Source: Octopus vulgaris
Lineage: Eukaryota
NCBI GenBank assembly: GCA_951406725.2
Contig: OX597816.1
Span: forward strand, 165,478,001-165,542,000
Direction of reading: 5' to 3'
DNA length: 64,000 bases
This document shows, one piece after another, positions 27,366 through 40,389 of this stretch; the stretch's first letter is position 1, and each line of letters starts with the position of its first letter. Both the position numbers and the translations under genes were made by a program. The notes beneath the pieces were generated by a model, which worked only from the letters and a program-made list of their open reading frames with translations, made no database searches and was not told where the DNA came from.

Positions 27366-27741
27366 AATACATTATTTATATTATTATCTAATTGAACACC
27401 ATGCATCCATTTCCAAATGTGCGTATATATATATATATATATATATATCATCTTCATTTAATATCCATTTTCCATGAAGGCTGAAGGCATAGGTTGGTCA
27501 GTTTGACAGGAGCTGGCAAGTTGGAGGGCTGCAACAGGTATCATTGTCTATTTTGACATGGTTCCCACAGCTGGATGCCCTTCCTATCACTAATTATGTT
27601 ACAGAGTGTACTTCATACTTTTCCCATAGCGCCAGCATGGGCACTCTGTAAGTGGAACCAATACTTCCAGGGTTACCAAGTAGCTTGCAAGACAAGGTCT
27701 CAGCTGAGAAACAGAGAGAGGAATTAAGAGAAGTGAGACAG

Positions 27742-27774
<33 letters not shown>

Positions 27775-28059
27775 ATTCAATTAGAGGTTAAATTAGCCTC
27801 GTTAAAGGATAGTATCATCCAATGAATTACTTGGGAATAATAATATTCATAAAATATAAGGTTTGTATATAAACCATGGTTTATAGTCATGTAAATGAAA
27901 AATAAGAAAATGGAGATATAGTATTTAATAAAGATTATTATTTGTAAAAATCAAACATAGTCCCTTACAGCTGTTTCAATTAAGCCCAATAAAGATTAAA
28001 TAAATATCAAAATCCTTTTTGGGGCCACACACACACATACGGTGAGCTTCTTTCAGTCT

Positions 28060-28440
28060 CTGTCTGTGGCGGTGGCACGTAAAAAGCACCATTCAAGCGA
28101 GATCATTACCAGCATCGCCTTAATGGCACTTGTGCCAGTGCAAGTGAAAAAATATTTGAGCGAGGTCGTTGCCAGTGCCTTTGGACTGGCTCCTGTGCAG
28201 GTAGTACGTAAAAAACACCATTTGAGCATGGCCGTTGCCAGTACCGCCTGACTGGCCCTCGTGCTGGTGGCACGTAAAAGCACCCACTACAGTCTCGGAG
28301 TGGTTGGCGTTAGGAAGGGTATCCAGCTGTAGAAACTGCCAGATCAGATTGGAGCCTGGTGCAGCCATCTGGTTCGCCAGCCCTCAGTCAAATCCTCCAA
28401 CCCATTCTAGCATGGAAAACGGATGTTAAATGATGATGAT
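28060..28440 (+). mobile_element. SINE/retroposon family C with (GAT)n tail, representative copy
   Basis: Reads ggagtggttggcgttaggaaggg[c/t]atccagctgtagaaac...aacccatgctagcatggaaa..ggacgttaaatgatgatgat. The aggaagggcatcc segment resembles RTE-derived SINE bodies (recalled, not verified). More than 25 copies exist (for example 1872-2203, 9020-9246, 10470-10978, 20825-21105, 21760-21955, 34775-35065, 38465-38800, 46860-47180, 53860-54108, 62862-63250). Confidence 0.85.
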
Positions 28441-30230
28441 GAAATTCACTCACAAAGGTTTGGTCAACCCAAGGCAGTACAAGAAGATATTTGCCCAAGG
28501 TGCCACACAATCAAACTGAACCTGAGACCACAAGTTTGAGAAGCAAGCCTCTAACCACATAGCCATACATGCACTTACAACTACATCATATTGCATCAAC
28601 ATTCAATGTCCACTTTGCCTTGCTTGCATGAATCATTCATTGATTGAGGCAGATTTTTCTACCTCCAAGTACCCTTCCTCTTGCCAACTCTCTCACCTGT
28701 TTCCAAGCAAAGTAATATTGGTCAGACAAGTTCTTGGCAGCTTTAGAACGAGTACACAATCTCAAGAGAAGGCAACACAAGCATACATACAGGCTTCTTT
28801 TAGTTTCCACCCTCCAAATCCACAGTCAAAGTTTTGGTCAGCCCAGGGCTATAACAGAACACAACCATCCCCACCCAAGATGCTATTCAGTGGAATTGAA
28901 CCCAGCACAATGTGGTTAAAAAGCGAACCTCCTCAACCACTCAGCTACATCTGTGCTTATTAATAATGTGGCTGGGTGGTAAGAAGCTTGCTTCCCAACC
29001 ACAGTTCCAAGTTCAGTCCCACTGCATGGCACCTTGGGAAAGTGTATTCTCCTATAGCCTTGGGCTGACCAAAATCCTGGTGAGTGGATTTGGTAGACGG
29101 AAACAAAAAGAAGCCTGCCTACACGTGTGTGAATGTGTGTGTGTGCACATGTTTGTCCCACACCACCGCTTGACAACTGTTGTTGGTGTATTTACATCTC
29201 CATAACTTAGCAGTTCATTAAAAGAGACCAACAGAATAAGTACAAGGCTTCAAAGAGGAAAGTAGTAGGGTCAATTGATTTGGCTTAAAATTTTTCAAGG
29301 CACTGCTCCAGCATGGCTGCACTCTAATACCTGACACAAGTAAAAGATATTGCACTGACTTTACAACAGAATGTTAGAGAGCAAAAAATCTTGCCTAAGG
29401 CTGAGAAAAATTTCATTTCTCAGTGAACTTCCAGCTGGCTGGAAGTTATTAAATTAGACATATTAAAGCATTATTAAAATAACGTGTTGAATGTGTTTTT
29501 CTTTTATTTTTTATAATTTAATTGAATTTAATGTACAATTAGGATAACACAAAAAAAAACCTACAAATAACAACAAAAACTTGACATTATCCAAGATAAA
29601 TATAATTTCTCTAGAGAATATTTACACAAAATTTAATAAAATTTTTTTTAAAATTCTGATGTAATGTTTTTTGACAATCTTAAATGTTGCTGCAGGAATA
29701 ATATATGAAGGTGTTAATGGAAGAAAATACGAAAAATAATTATAAATATAGACTAAATTACACTTGTAACCCTGCAGGACTCTGATGTGCCAAGAGAAAA
29801 TGTAAGAATCTGCTTCAGGGCAAATTGCTTTGCGAAATGCTGTTACAACCTCAACTGCAGTGCAGTTGCATAATAAATATATAATGCAACACATCTTTAT
29901 ACTATAATGATAATGAGTTCAAATTTTGGCAGAGGGGCAGCAGTTTTTGAGGAGGGCAGGGAAGTTGATTTCATCGACCTCAGTACATAACAGGTACTTA
30001 TTTTTATAAAACTTGAAAAGAAGAAAAGCAAAGTCAACCTAGGCAGAATTTGAACTTAGAATGTAAAAATGGATGAAATACCACTCAGCATTTTGCCCAG
30101 CATGCTAATGATTCTGCCAGCTTGCCACCTTAATAAATAATAGCAGATACAAATGATATAGCTTGTAGGAGGGTTGATTTCTAGGCGGAGGTAAAGGATA
30201 AGGACTGCATCCCCTTTCATTTACTTTATT

Positions 30231-30433
30231 TACTCTTTTACTTGTTTCAGTCATTTGACTGCGGCCATGCTGGAGCACCACCTTTAGTCGAGCAAATCGA
30301 CCCCGGGACTTATCCTTTGTAAGCCCAGTACTTATTCTATCGGTCTCTTTTGCCGAACCACTAAGTGACAGGGACGTAAACACACCAGCAATGGTTGTCA
30401 AGCAATGCTAGGGGGACAAACACAGACACACAA

Positions 30434-30486
<53 letters not shown>

Positions 30487-30654
30487 TACGACAGGCTTCT
30501 TTCAGTTTCCGTCTACCAAATCCACTCACAAGGCATTGGTCGGCCCGAGGCTATAGCAGAAGGCACTTGCCCAAGATGCCACGCAGTGGGACTGAACCCG
30601 CAACCATGTGGTTGGTTAGCAAGCTACTTACCACACAGCCACTCCTGCGCCTAT
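30231..30654 (-). mobile_element. SINE family B (tRNA-like head, CORE-like ccttgggcaag segment, internal microsatellite), well preserved
   Basis: Head ataggcgcaggagtggctgtgtggtaag...ggttcagtcccact and tail gactgaaacaagtaaaaga. More than 20 further partial or full copies exist (for example 8945-9530, 13995-14165, 22865-23170, 28967-29348, 44500-45125, 50923-51300, 57220-57550, 61800-62500). Confidence 0.85.
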
Positions 30655-31315
30655 TGGTTTTTTATTTATTTTATTTTTTTTACAGAAACCTATCTTTTCG
30701 ACTGCGGAGATTCCGAATCTGCAAAAAGAGAAAAAACAAATCGGCATTTCAAAATTTTATCCAACACCCCACCCACCTCACCTCAACTCTGTTTTGGTAA
30801 TTCATATTTAGAAAGTGGATCTTTGGTTTGGCTGTTGTTTCTAGCTTGTTGGAGTTTCTGGTTGGAGCGGATTTAAAAATTGAAGATTCTGAAAATCCCA
30901 AAAACATTAATTTTCCCACTGCATGGTACTTTGGGCAAGTGTCCTCTATAGCCACAGGCAGACCAAAACCTTGTGAGTGGATTTGGTAGATGGAAACTGA
31001 AAGAAGCCCATCATATGTATATATCTATGTAGGCGTTCTTTGTAACTGTGTTTGTCCCCTACCACCACTTGACAACTGGTGTGGGTGTGTTTACATCCCG
31101 ATAACTTAGCGGTTCAACAAAAGAGTGCGATAGAACAAGTATCAGGCTTAAAAAATAAGTCCTTCAAGGCAGTACCCCAGGATGGCCACAGTCAAGTGAC
31201 TGAAACAAATAAAAGACAAAAGATATGTGTGGGAGGGTGTGTGAGTGCACACGCATGTGTGTGCACGTGTGTCAGAGACGGAGAGTGTGTGTAGAGACAG
31301 AGAGGCGAGTGAATA

Positions 31316-31738
31316 AGGCGGTGAGCTGGCAGAAACGTTAGCATGCCGGGCGCAATGCTTAGCAGTGTTTCGTCTGCCATTACGTTCTGAGTTCAAATTC
31401 CGCCGAGGTCAACTTTGCCTTTCATCCTTTCGGGGTCGATAAATTAAGTACCAGTTACGCACTGGGGTCGATGTAATCGACTTAATCGGTTTGTCTGTTC
31501 TTGTTTGTCCCCTCTGTGTTTAGCCCCTTGTGGGCAATAAAGAAATAGAAATAGGTATTCCGTCTGTCTTTACGTTCTGAGTTCAAATTCCGCCGAGGTC
31601 GACTTTGCCTTTCATCCTTTCGGGGTCGATAAATTAAGTACCAGTTACGCACTGGGGTCGATGTAATCGACTTAATACCTATGTCTGTCCTTGTTTGTCC
31701 CCTCTGTGTTTAGCCCCTTGTGGGCAGTAAAGAAGTAA
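31316..31738 (+). mobile_element. SINE family A, tandem dimer
   Basis: A full unit is followed by a second unit starting at ggtattccgtctg, after the aagaaatag tail. Confidence 0.85.
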
Positions 31739-32329
31739 GAGAGGGAAGTGAACTTCCATATTATAATCAGACACACGCATGCACGAAAACAATGAATTCA
31801 GTTTCCTTATACCAAGTTTCATTCTCAAGGAATTGGTTGAACATCAAAGGCTACAACTGCATAAGATACTTGCCCAAGATGCCAGCCACACTGTGGGATT
31901 GAACCTGGGACCATTCAGGTGCTAGATCAGATACTAAACAACCTATGAAGCTGTAAAAGTACCTTTGCTTTTGTTTCAGTTTTAGGTTATCACTAGGCTA
32001 AATGCTAATCAACCATTCAAAAGCCATATGTCACTAGACTACACAATATGGTGACACCTAACACTCCTTTCACTGTCTGGAGGTTTCTAGAACAGACTGG
32101 GTTTATCTGAAATGCACTTTTATCATTACTGTGGCCTCGTGGTTAGAGTGTTGAACTGACAGAGGGATACAGGTTCAGTTCCCGGGACAAGTGTTACATT
32201 GTATTGTTGAGCAAGGCATTCACCCCACTTAACTACAGTCTATTCTGCTGAAAATCACGACAAGCATAGCCCTGTTCCCTAAAATTGGACAGGTGTTGCT
32301 AAATATTCTACATTATCGTCTACCTTTAA

Positions 32330-32578
32330 TTTTGGTGGTGCACTTGGAGGTGTCAGCACTCAACTGCCAACACAGCTGAGGGAAACTGATGCAATAGTGA
32401 AGGTGGAACACCTGAAAATGTCGGCACTGCTCGGAACTGCAAGAGTTCTTTGTGTGGTTCTTGAAGCATGACCGGTAGGCGAGTGTCACTTCGGTCTGCT
32501 GGCTGTGGACAGCTGAAACTTTCGATCATATGCAACAAGGCGAGCTGTGAGTTTTCATCATATAATAATAATTATTAT
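32330..32578 (+). mobile_element. 3' end of an R4/Dong-like non-LTR retrotransposon
   Basis: Translation GALGGVSTQLPTQLRETDAIVKVEHLKMSALLGTARVLCVVLEA* matches the R4/Dong C-terminal motif GALG...LQKSALLGTARILRKVL. A short UTR and a (TAA)n tail follow. Confidence 0.7.
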
Positions 32579-35500
32579 GCATGCTTGTGAGGAAGACCCA
32601 TGAAGCTGAACAAAATCATAGTCGTTGCAGATACCAGTGTCACACAAATTGGTATGTAAAAGCACCCCAATGTCACATAAATGGTACTCATGTCGGTGGT
32701 ACGTCAAAGCACCCATTATACTCTTGGAGTGGTTGGCGTTAGGTAGGGCATCCAGCCATAGAAAACCATGCCAAATCAGAATGGAGTCTGGTGCAGCCTT
32801 CCAGCTTACCAGCTCTAGTCAAACTGTCCAGTCTATACCAGCATGGACAATGGACGTTAAATGACGATGAGGAGGAATCTTACACTTGTAGATAAATACA
32901 CCTGTAAATCTCATTTCTAATCATTTAAATCATCATCATTTGGTTCCCACTTTCCATGCTGGCACGAGTTGCACAGTTTCACACCAGCTGGTAAGGCCAG
33001 GCAGGTGCTGCACAAGGTTCCAGTCATCTGTTTTGGCATGGTTTTTATGGATGGATGCTCTTCCTAACACCAACCACATCACAAGAGTTTACAGGGAGCT
33101 TTTTATGTGGTGCCAGCACAGCTGCTTTCATATGTTCCACTGGCATGGATGCTTTGTATGTGGCACTCACACATATTTTATTTTATAAGGAGCTTTTATA
33201 TATCTGCTAAAGAATCTAATATAAAAATTCAATAATTCATGAGAGGAAAACAGCAATTATTAGTTTTCCATAGAGATATCACATTTTTTGTTGAACTTAT
33301 TACGCTATGTCACTAGGCTACACAATATGGTGACACCTAACATTTCTTTCACTGTCAGAGGTTTCTAGAACAGACTGGATTTCGCGGAAATGTACTTTTA
33401 TCATTTACTGTGGCCACATGATTAGATTGTTCAGCTGACCAGAGGGGCACAAGTTCACTTCCTAGAACAAGTATTGTGTTGTATTTCAAAAATGATTTTT
33501 AACAAGGCAGGCTTCTTTCAGTTTCCATGTGCCAAATCCACTCACAAGGTTGGAGTAGAAGACACTTGCCTGCGGTGTCATGCTGTGAGACTGAACTACA
33601 AACTCTGTGGTTTGGAAGCAAACTTCTTTACCACCCAGCCATGCATGCATCTTGGGTGTTGAAAACATTAATTACTACTCTTCAAATTTAGAGAGATTTT
33701 CCTCATCCTTGGTGTTTCTGCCAAGGCAGAGATGACTACATCTGCTTGCAATGACATGAGCCTGTAAACCAATTAGCAAAAGCATGTTGCTACTTACCAC
33801 CAGGGCATACTTGCTTCAGAATGACAGGTATGGTCTAGGGGGACATTAACTACATGGTAATCGCATTCTAGCAATTACTGGGAATGAAATAATTCAAAGA
33901 CATTCAATATAAACTAACACAAAACAAGTAACCAATTCAAAACAGATAATGGCTTCAAATTTTGGCACAAGGCCAGCAATTTTGGGTGAGTGGGTAAAAT
34001 TACATTGGCATCAGTTTTCATTGACACTAAAAGGATGAAAAAAAGTCGACCTTGGTGAAATTAGAACTCAGAATGTACAGAGACAAAATGACACTAAGCA
34101 TTTTGTCCAGCACATTATTAATAACTGTTTCTCTCATTGGTCTCAAATACATTCTTATAACATCTACGAATATCATTTTATTTTAGATTGCTGAATGGTT
34201 GGTGTTAGGAAGGGCATCCAGCTGTAAAAATCCTGCAAAAACAGTCACAGAAATTTGGTGCCTGTCCAGCTCTTGTGAAACCATCCCACCCATGCTAGCA
34301 CGGAAGGCAGATGTTAAACGGTGAAGAAGATTTTTGTTTACTAATACTTACAATAATCATTTCAAGTAGAACAGGATCGGTTGTGTGGTTAACAAGTTTG
34401 TTTCCCAACCACATAGATGCATTTTCAGTTCAGTCCCACTGAGCAGAACCTAGGACAAACATCAACCATAGCCTGGGCCAGCCAAAGTCTTACAAGTGAA
34501 TGTGGGAGAAGGAAGTTGAAAAAAGCCCATTGTGCATGTGTGCGTGTCAACACTATCTAACAACCATCTTCCATTCTGGCTTGGGGCGGACGACTTGACA
34601 GGATCCAACAAGCCAGAGAACTACTTTGAGCTGATGTCTGCTTTGGCACTTTCAACACCAACCGCTTTACAGAGAGTATAGGGTGCTTTTTCAGGGCACC
34701 AGCATTAGTGAGGTTGCTAAGTAACTTGCAAGACAAAGAAGAAACCCCATCCACTGAGAGGGGTTGCAGTGTCGTCGTTCATCGTTTAATGTCTGCTTTC
34801 CATGCTAGCATGGGTTGGACAATTTGACTGAGGTCTGGCGAACCAGATGGCTGCACCAGGCTCCAATCTGATCTGGCAGAGTTTCTACAGCTGGATGCCC
34901 TTCCTAACGCCAACCACTCTGAGAGTATAGTGGGTGCTTTTACGTGCCACCGGCACAAGGGCCAGTCAGGCGGTTCTGGCAATAGCCACGCTCAAATGGA
35001 GCTTTTTATGTGCAACCTGCACAGGAGCCAGTCCAGCGGTACTGGCAACGACCTTTCTCGATGCGTGTATTATTGTCTCTTAGTTACCAGCAAGCATCAT
35101 TGCCACACATGTAGCGTCTGTTTCCAGTCTTCCATAAACACATCTGGTTATGGAGATCCATTAACTGGCATGGAAACAGATAAGGATTGGTGGCAATAAA
35201 GGAATATGACGATAGTAAAAACTGCCTCAACAAATTCTGTCCAGCCCATCTGAGTACAGAAAAATCAATATTAAACGACGATGATGATGAATGTAATTTC
35301 AAACACCATATGTTGCCCATTGCAACTAAACTATCTCCTTGCTTCAATTAATTCCATCTCACATCTATTTAAACTGTGATCAAAGAATGGCAAGAGCATA
35401 GGCAAGTTGCTTGATAGTGGTTCATTGTAAGGCAGACTAGTTGCTATCAAACCAAAAAGAGAGATTTGTAAACAAGAACTAGTAAATTACAATTTCTTCC

Positions 35501-38500
35501 AATGTATCAAATTAAGGGAGGCTCTTTCATGTTTTGCTTTATTCCCAGGAGATAACATAAAATGAATATTTAATTTTAATTTTCTTATCTTTGTGTTTTT
35601 TTAATTATAAAATAGTAATTAATGTTTTCAAAACCCAAGATGCAGGCATGGCTGGGTGGCGGGGAAGTTTGCTTCCAAACCACAGAGTTTCTAGTTCAGT
35701 CTCACTGCATGGCACTGCAGGCAAGTGTCTTCTACTCCAAACTTGTGAGTGGATTTGGCAAATGGAAACTGAAAGAAGCCTGCCGTGTAAAAAGTACCCG
35801 GTGCCATGTAAAAAGTACCCAATACATGCTGTAACGTTATTGGTGTTAAGAAAGGCATCTCGGCATAGACACCATGTCAAAACAGACAATTGGAGCCTGG
35901 TGCAGCTCCCCAGCTCCCGTTGAACCATCCAACCCATGCCAGCATAGAAAGCAGATGTATGATGATGATGATGATATGCGTGTGTGTGCATATGTGTTTG
36001 AGTCCCTTCTCCTGAGACAGCATGATTGTTGTGAATAAGCATCACTATCATATAAACAGTGCCTCTCATTTTCAACCTTCCATGCAAATATGTCCAGCTA
36101 AGAGGAAATAATGTCTTGCTTGGATACAGTTGATAGTTGGAGACAGGAAGAGCACCCAGCTACAGAAAAATCTTCCTCAATAAACTCGGTTCCATGCAAG
36201 CAAAAAAATTTAAAGATGCAGGCAGATGTTTAAAAATGGTGATAATGACGAATGACCTGAATGCATTAATATTGCAACAAACAATAACCCTGGAGTTGCA
36301 ACAAAAAAAAAAAAAATAGACACAATCTTATATGTTGCTGTGAAACACAGATGTTAAAAAATATAACAGATATAATCATATCTACCAAATATCATAGAAT
36401 CTGACATTGCTTTGGTTAAATTTACCGCCTCTAGTAAGCATGGTACTTATTTTATCGACTCGGAAAGGATGAAAGGCAAAAATCGACCTCGGTAGAATTT
36501 GAACTCAGAACATAAAAACAGACGAAATACTGCTAAGCATTTTGCCCAGCATGCTACCAATTCTGCCAGCCCATTGCCTTAATTATCATTATTATGAAGG
36601 TGGCAAGTTAATAAAATCGTTAGCACACCAGACAAAATTCTTAGCAGTATTTTGTCTGTCTTTACGTTCTGAGTTCAAATTCCACCAAGGTCAACTTTGC
36701 CTTTCAGGGTCAATGAAATAAGTACCAGTTATTTAATGGGGTTGGTATAATTAACTAGCCCCCTACCAAAAAGAAAAATTTGAAGGATTTGTGCCTAGAG
36801 TAGAAATAATAATAAATATTATTAGTAGTAGTAGTAGTAGTAGCAGCAGCAGTAGTAGTAAGGGGGAAAGCTGGCAGAATCATTAGCATGTTGGACAAAA
36901 TGCACAGCAGTATTTCACCCGTCTTTATGTTCTGAGTTCAAGTTCCGCCAAGGTCAACTTTGCCTTTCATCCTTTCAGGGTCAATTAAATAAGCACAAGT
37001 TGAACACTGGGGTCAATGTAATCGACTCATCCCCTCCCCCAAAATGGCTGCCCTTGTGGCAAAATTTTAAACCATTATCGCTTTTATTAGTATTGTCGAT
37101 AGATTAAGTACTAATGAAACATTGGAGTCGATGTAAATAATTTGTCCCCTCTCCCTAAATTTCAAGCCTTGTGCCTTTACTAGAAAAGAATTATCATTAT
37201 TATTAATATTAGTAGTAGTAGTAAAGTATTGATTAGTTTACACTGAATCACCTTGAGACATTAGCAAAATCAAAAACAAAAAAAAAATACAAACAAAATT
37301 TCACTAAACCGAACAGTATTTCTTGCATGAGTGATTCCATTATGTCTGAGACTGCCAGAAACTGTTGGAAATCATCGTTGCATGTTCAGGAAACAACTTG
37401 TCATGGTTTACCATCTTCCAGCTGCTTGGATTAATGCTAACAGAATCTTCAATATTCAGAAAGTACAGTTTATGACATAACTGCCAATCTCGTTTTGGCA
37501 TTATGGCAATCAGGTTCATTCTAAAGGATATCGGTTTGTCTATGCCATACAGTGGGATGCAGGTGTGACTATGTGGTAAGAAGCTTGCTTCCCATACACA
37601 TGGTCTCTGGTTCAGTCCTACTGTGTGGCACCTTGGACAAATGTTTACTTATAGCCCCAGGCCAACCAAAGCCTTGAGTGGGGTGAGATTTGGTAGACAG
37701 AAACTGAAAATATTCTGTGTGTGTATGTGTGAGTGTACCCTTGTCCTACCATTATGTGGTGGTTGTTAATGATTGTCACCATCAGGCAAAAGTTTTCCAT
37801 GTCTGGCAATGGGGGAAACATCCCCATAGCTTGTAAACTGGTGAGGGTTAACAACAGGAAGGGTATCTAGCTGTAGAAAAGCTACCTCAACGAATGCTGT
37901 CCAACCTATGCAAAGCATGTAAAAGTGGACATTACAATTATGATGATATTGATGGCAAAAATACTAACATACTGTCAATCCAACATGATACATCATCATC
38001 ATTTAACATCCATCTTCCATGCTGCCATGGGTTGGACGGTTCGACAGGAACTGATAAACTGGAGAGCTGGCCAGGCTCCAGTTGTCTGTTCTGGTATGCT
38101 GCTATGAGTAGATGCGCTTCCTAATGCCAATCACTTTACAGTGCATACCAGGTGCCTTTTGTGTGGCACCAACACCAGTGCTTTCAATATGGCGTCAGCA
38201 CAGGTGTTTTTTAGCATGGCACCAGTACAGGTGTTTTTTAAGAGTAAAATGCTCACTTCACAATCATGAGTTGCCAGGTTCAACCCCACAGTTTGTCATC
38301 GCAGGTAAAGCTTTCGGAGATGAAACTGGGTAGATGGAAAGTGTGTGGAAGACCCCAGAATGGATTGTACCTGTAATCCAATAGGTACATCTTTGTCATA
38401 CACTGTGTCATGCTAATTTTACCTGAAAGACATTAACAGACCACATCTCTGTGAAATACTCAGTCACATCATCATCATTTAATGTCCATCATCCATGCTG

Positions 38501-39435
38501 GCATGGGTTGGATGGCTGGATGCCCTTCCTAATGCCAACTACTCTGAGTGTAATGGGTGCTTTTACGTGTTACTGGCATGGGTGCCATTTGCACGACACT
38601 GGGGTGCTTTTACGTGCCACCAGCACAGGTACTAATCTGTATGAAACCGGTATCTGCTACGACTGTGATTTTGCTTGGCTTGATGGCTCTTCTCAAGCAC
38701 AACATAATGCCAAAGGTCTTGGTCATCGCCTCTGTGAAGGCCCAGTACTCAAAAGGAACTCAGCCACTTTGCCTCCATGAGGCCCAATGCTCAAAAGGTG
38801 TTCACATATTTGTTAATTCAGAAGCAGATAATTCAGTAAGTCAAACAACCAAATGATCGTTGTTGAACAACTGGGATCTATTCAAACTTACTTACACACC
38901 AAAGGAATGGAATGTTTTAAAACGGAGTAATTGTTTTTTTTGTTTTTTTTTTTTGTTTTTTTACATGACTACATGGCTGTGGGATAAGAAGTTTACTTCT
39001 CAACCGTATGGTTCTGGATTCAACCCCACTCCATGGTGCCTTGGGCAAGTGTCTTCTTCGAAAGATTCAGGTCAACCAAGGTCACGTTAGTGGATTTGGT
39101 AAATGGAAACTGAAAGAAGCCTATCATCTGCATGTATGTGTGTGTGCCTGTGTATATCCTTCACCATCACATGACAACCAGTGTTGATGCGTTTATGTTC
39201 CTGCAACTAAGCAGTTCATCAAAAGAAACCTATAAAATAAGTACTAGGCTGAAAACACAAAAAGAACTGGGATGGATTCATTTGACTAAAAGGTCATATG
39301 TTCTGCAAAGGTCATATGTGCTGCCCCAGTATGGCCACAATCTTATGACTAAAATAAGTAAAAGATAAGAAACTAAAAGAAAATAGATATAAGTAATTAA
39401 TAAGATAGTCTGGGAAGGACAGTGGAGGTCATGGT

Positions 39436-39828
39436 AGAGCATATGATCTTTCAAGAACATATGACCTTTGCAGAGCAAATGACCTTTGCAGAGCATATGA
39501 CCTTTGCAGAACATATGACCTTTGCAGAGCATATGACCTTTGCAGAGCACATGACCTTTGCAGAGCAAATCACCTTTGAAGAGCAAATGACCTTTGCAGA
39601 ACATATGACCTTTGCAGAGCATTTGACATTTCCAGAGCATATGACCTTTGCAGAGCATTTGGCCTTTGCAGAGCATATGACCTTTGCAGAACATATGACC
39701 TTTGCTGAACATATGACCTTTGCTGAACATATGACCTTTGCAGAGCATATGACCTTTGCAGAGCATATGACCTTTGCAGAGCATATGACCTTTGCAGAGC
39801 ATATGACCTTTGCAAAGCATTTGACCTT
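39436..39828. repeat. 18-bp minisatellite (GCATATGACCTTTGCAGA), about 22 copies
   Basis: Read directly from the sequence. It generates the HMTFAE and CKGHML ORFs on both strands. Confidence 0.95.
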
Positions 39829-40304
39829 GTAGCAGACTCGTGTTCAGTTTGGATATCCTTAGGGTGACATCAGGAGGAAATGTCAAGGGGAAAATGTGAG
39901 GGGTGATACACAGTAAGAGTGATAGGAGGAGGGGGAGGAGTGGAGACAGTGTACACCAACCTGCTTCAGAAGGGGGAGGCTGACAGAAGCTGTTGTAGCA
40001 ACAAGAGAAACAAGGACAAGAAACAGCATGTCTGTAGCTGTGATCCTGTAGCTAAAGTCTGTTGGTCGATGACTGGCTAATTTCCAAGTAGTTGGATGAC
40101 ATGACTAAATCAGATGCTGATATGAAAAGGTGTAAAACCAGACACTTCGAAAGAGGTGGCGATCAATGATATGGAAGTTATACAGAATGAAAATGGCATG
40201 TAAAGATTTCTGGGAATGGTAAACTAGCTGATTAGGTTAGGAGAAAGAACAGAACAGACTTGTGAATGAGAACAGTTGTAGGAGAGAAACGAACAATAAC
40301 TTAC

Positions 40305-40389
40305 TTGAGCTGTAACTGTCGGTTGAAGACTGGGAAACAGAACGACTACGTATCCGAGGACGCTGCGGGGTCAGGTTGTATTTGATTTC
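40305..40389 (-). CDS. AHCYL1: Internal coding exon of an IRBIT / S-adenosylhomocysteine hydrolase-like protein gene (AHCYL1/AHCYL2 family), serine-rich IRBIT domain
   Basis: Minus strand reads ttttaattttatatttgcAG|GAAATCAAATAC...TACAGCTCAA|GTAAGT. The 85 nt translate in phase 0 to EIKYNLTPQRPRIRSRSVSQSSTDSYSS plus 1 nt, matching the IRBIT signature RSLSRSISQSSTDSYSS(A). As I recall, vertebrate AHCYL1 exon 2 also ends in phase 1 after SYSS. AHCYL1 versus AHCYL2 cannot be resolved; an invertebrate co-orthologue is likely. Confidence 0.9.

Noticed and set aside
39278-39886. 202-aa Cys/His-rich ORF (CKGHML repeats) and 136-aa antisense ORF
   Set aside because: An 18-bp minisatellite with no stops on either strand. 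The ORF runs into a SINE and has no convincing splice or start context.
39961-40227. Possible extra minus-strand exons after the IRBIT exon (acceptors near 40228 and 39990)
   Set aside because: The first hits a stop after about 16 codons. The second (29 nt, GTTGGT donor) breaks frame. Neither resembles the expected AHCYL continuation.
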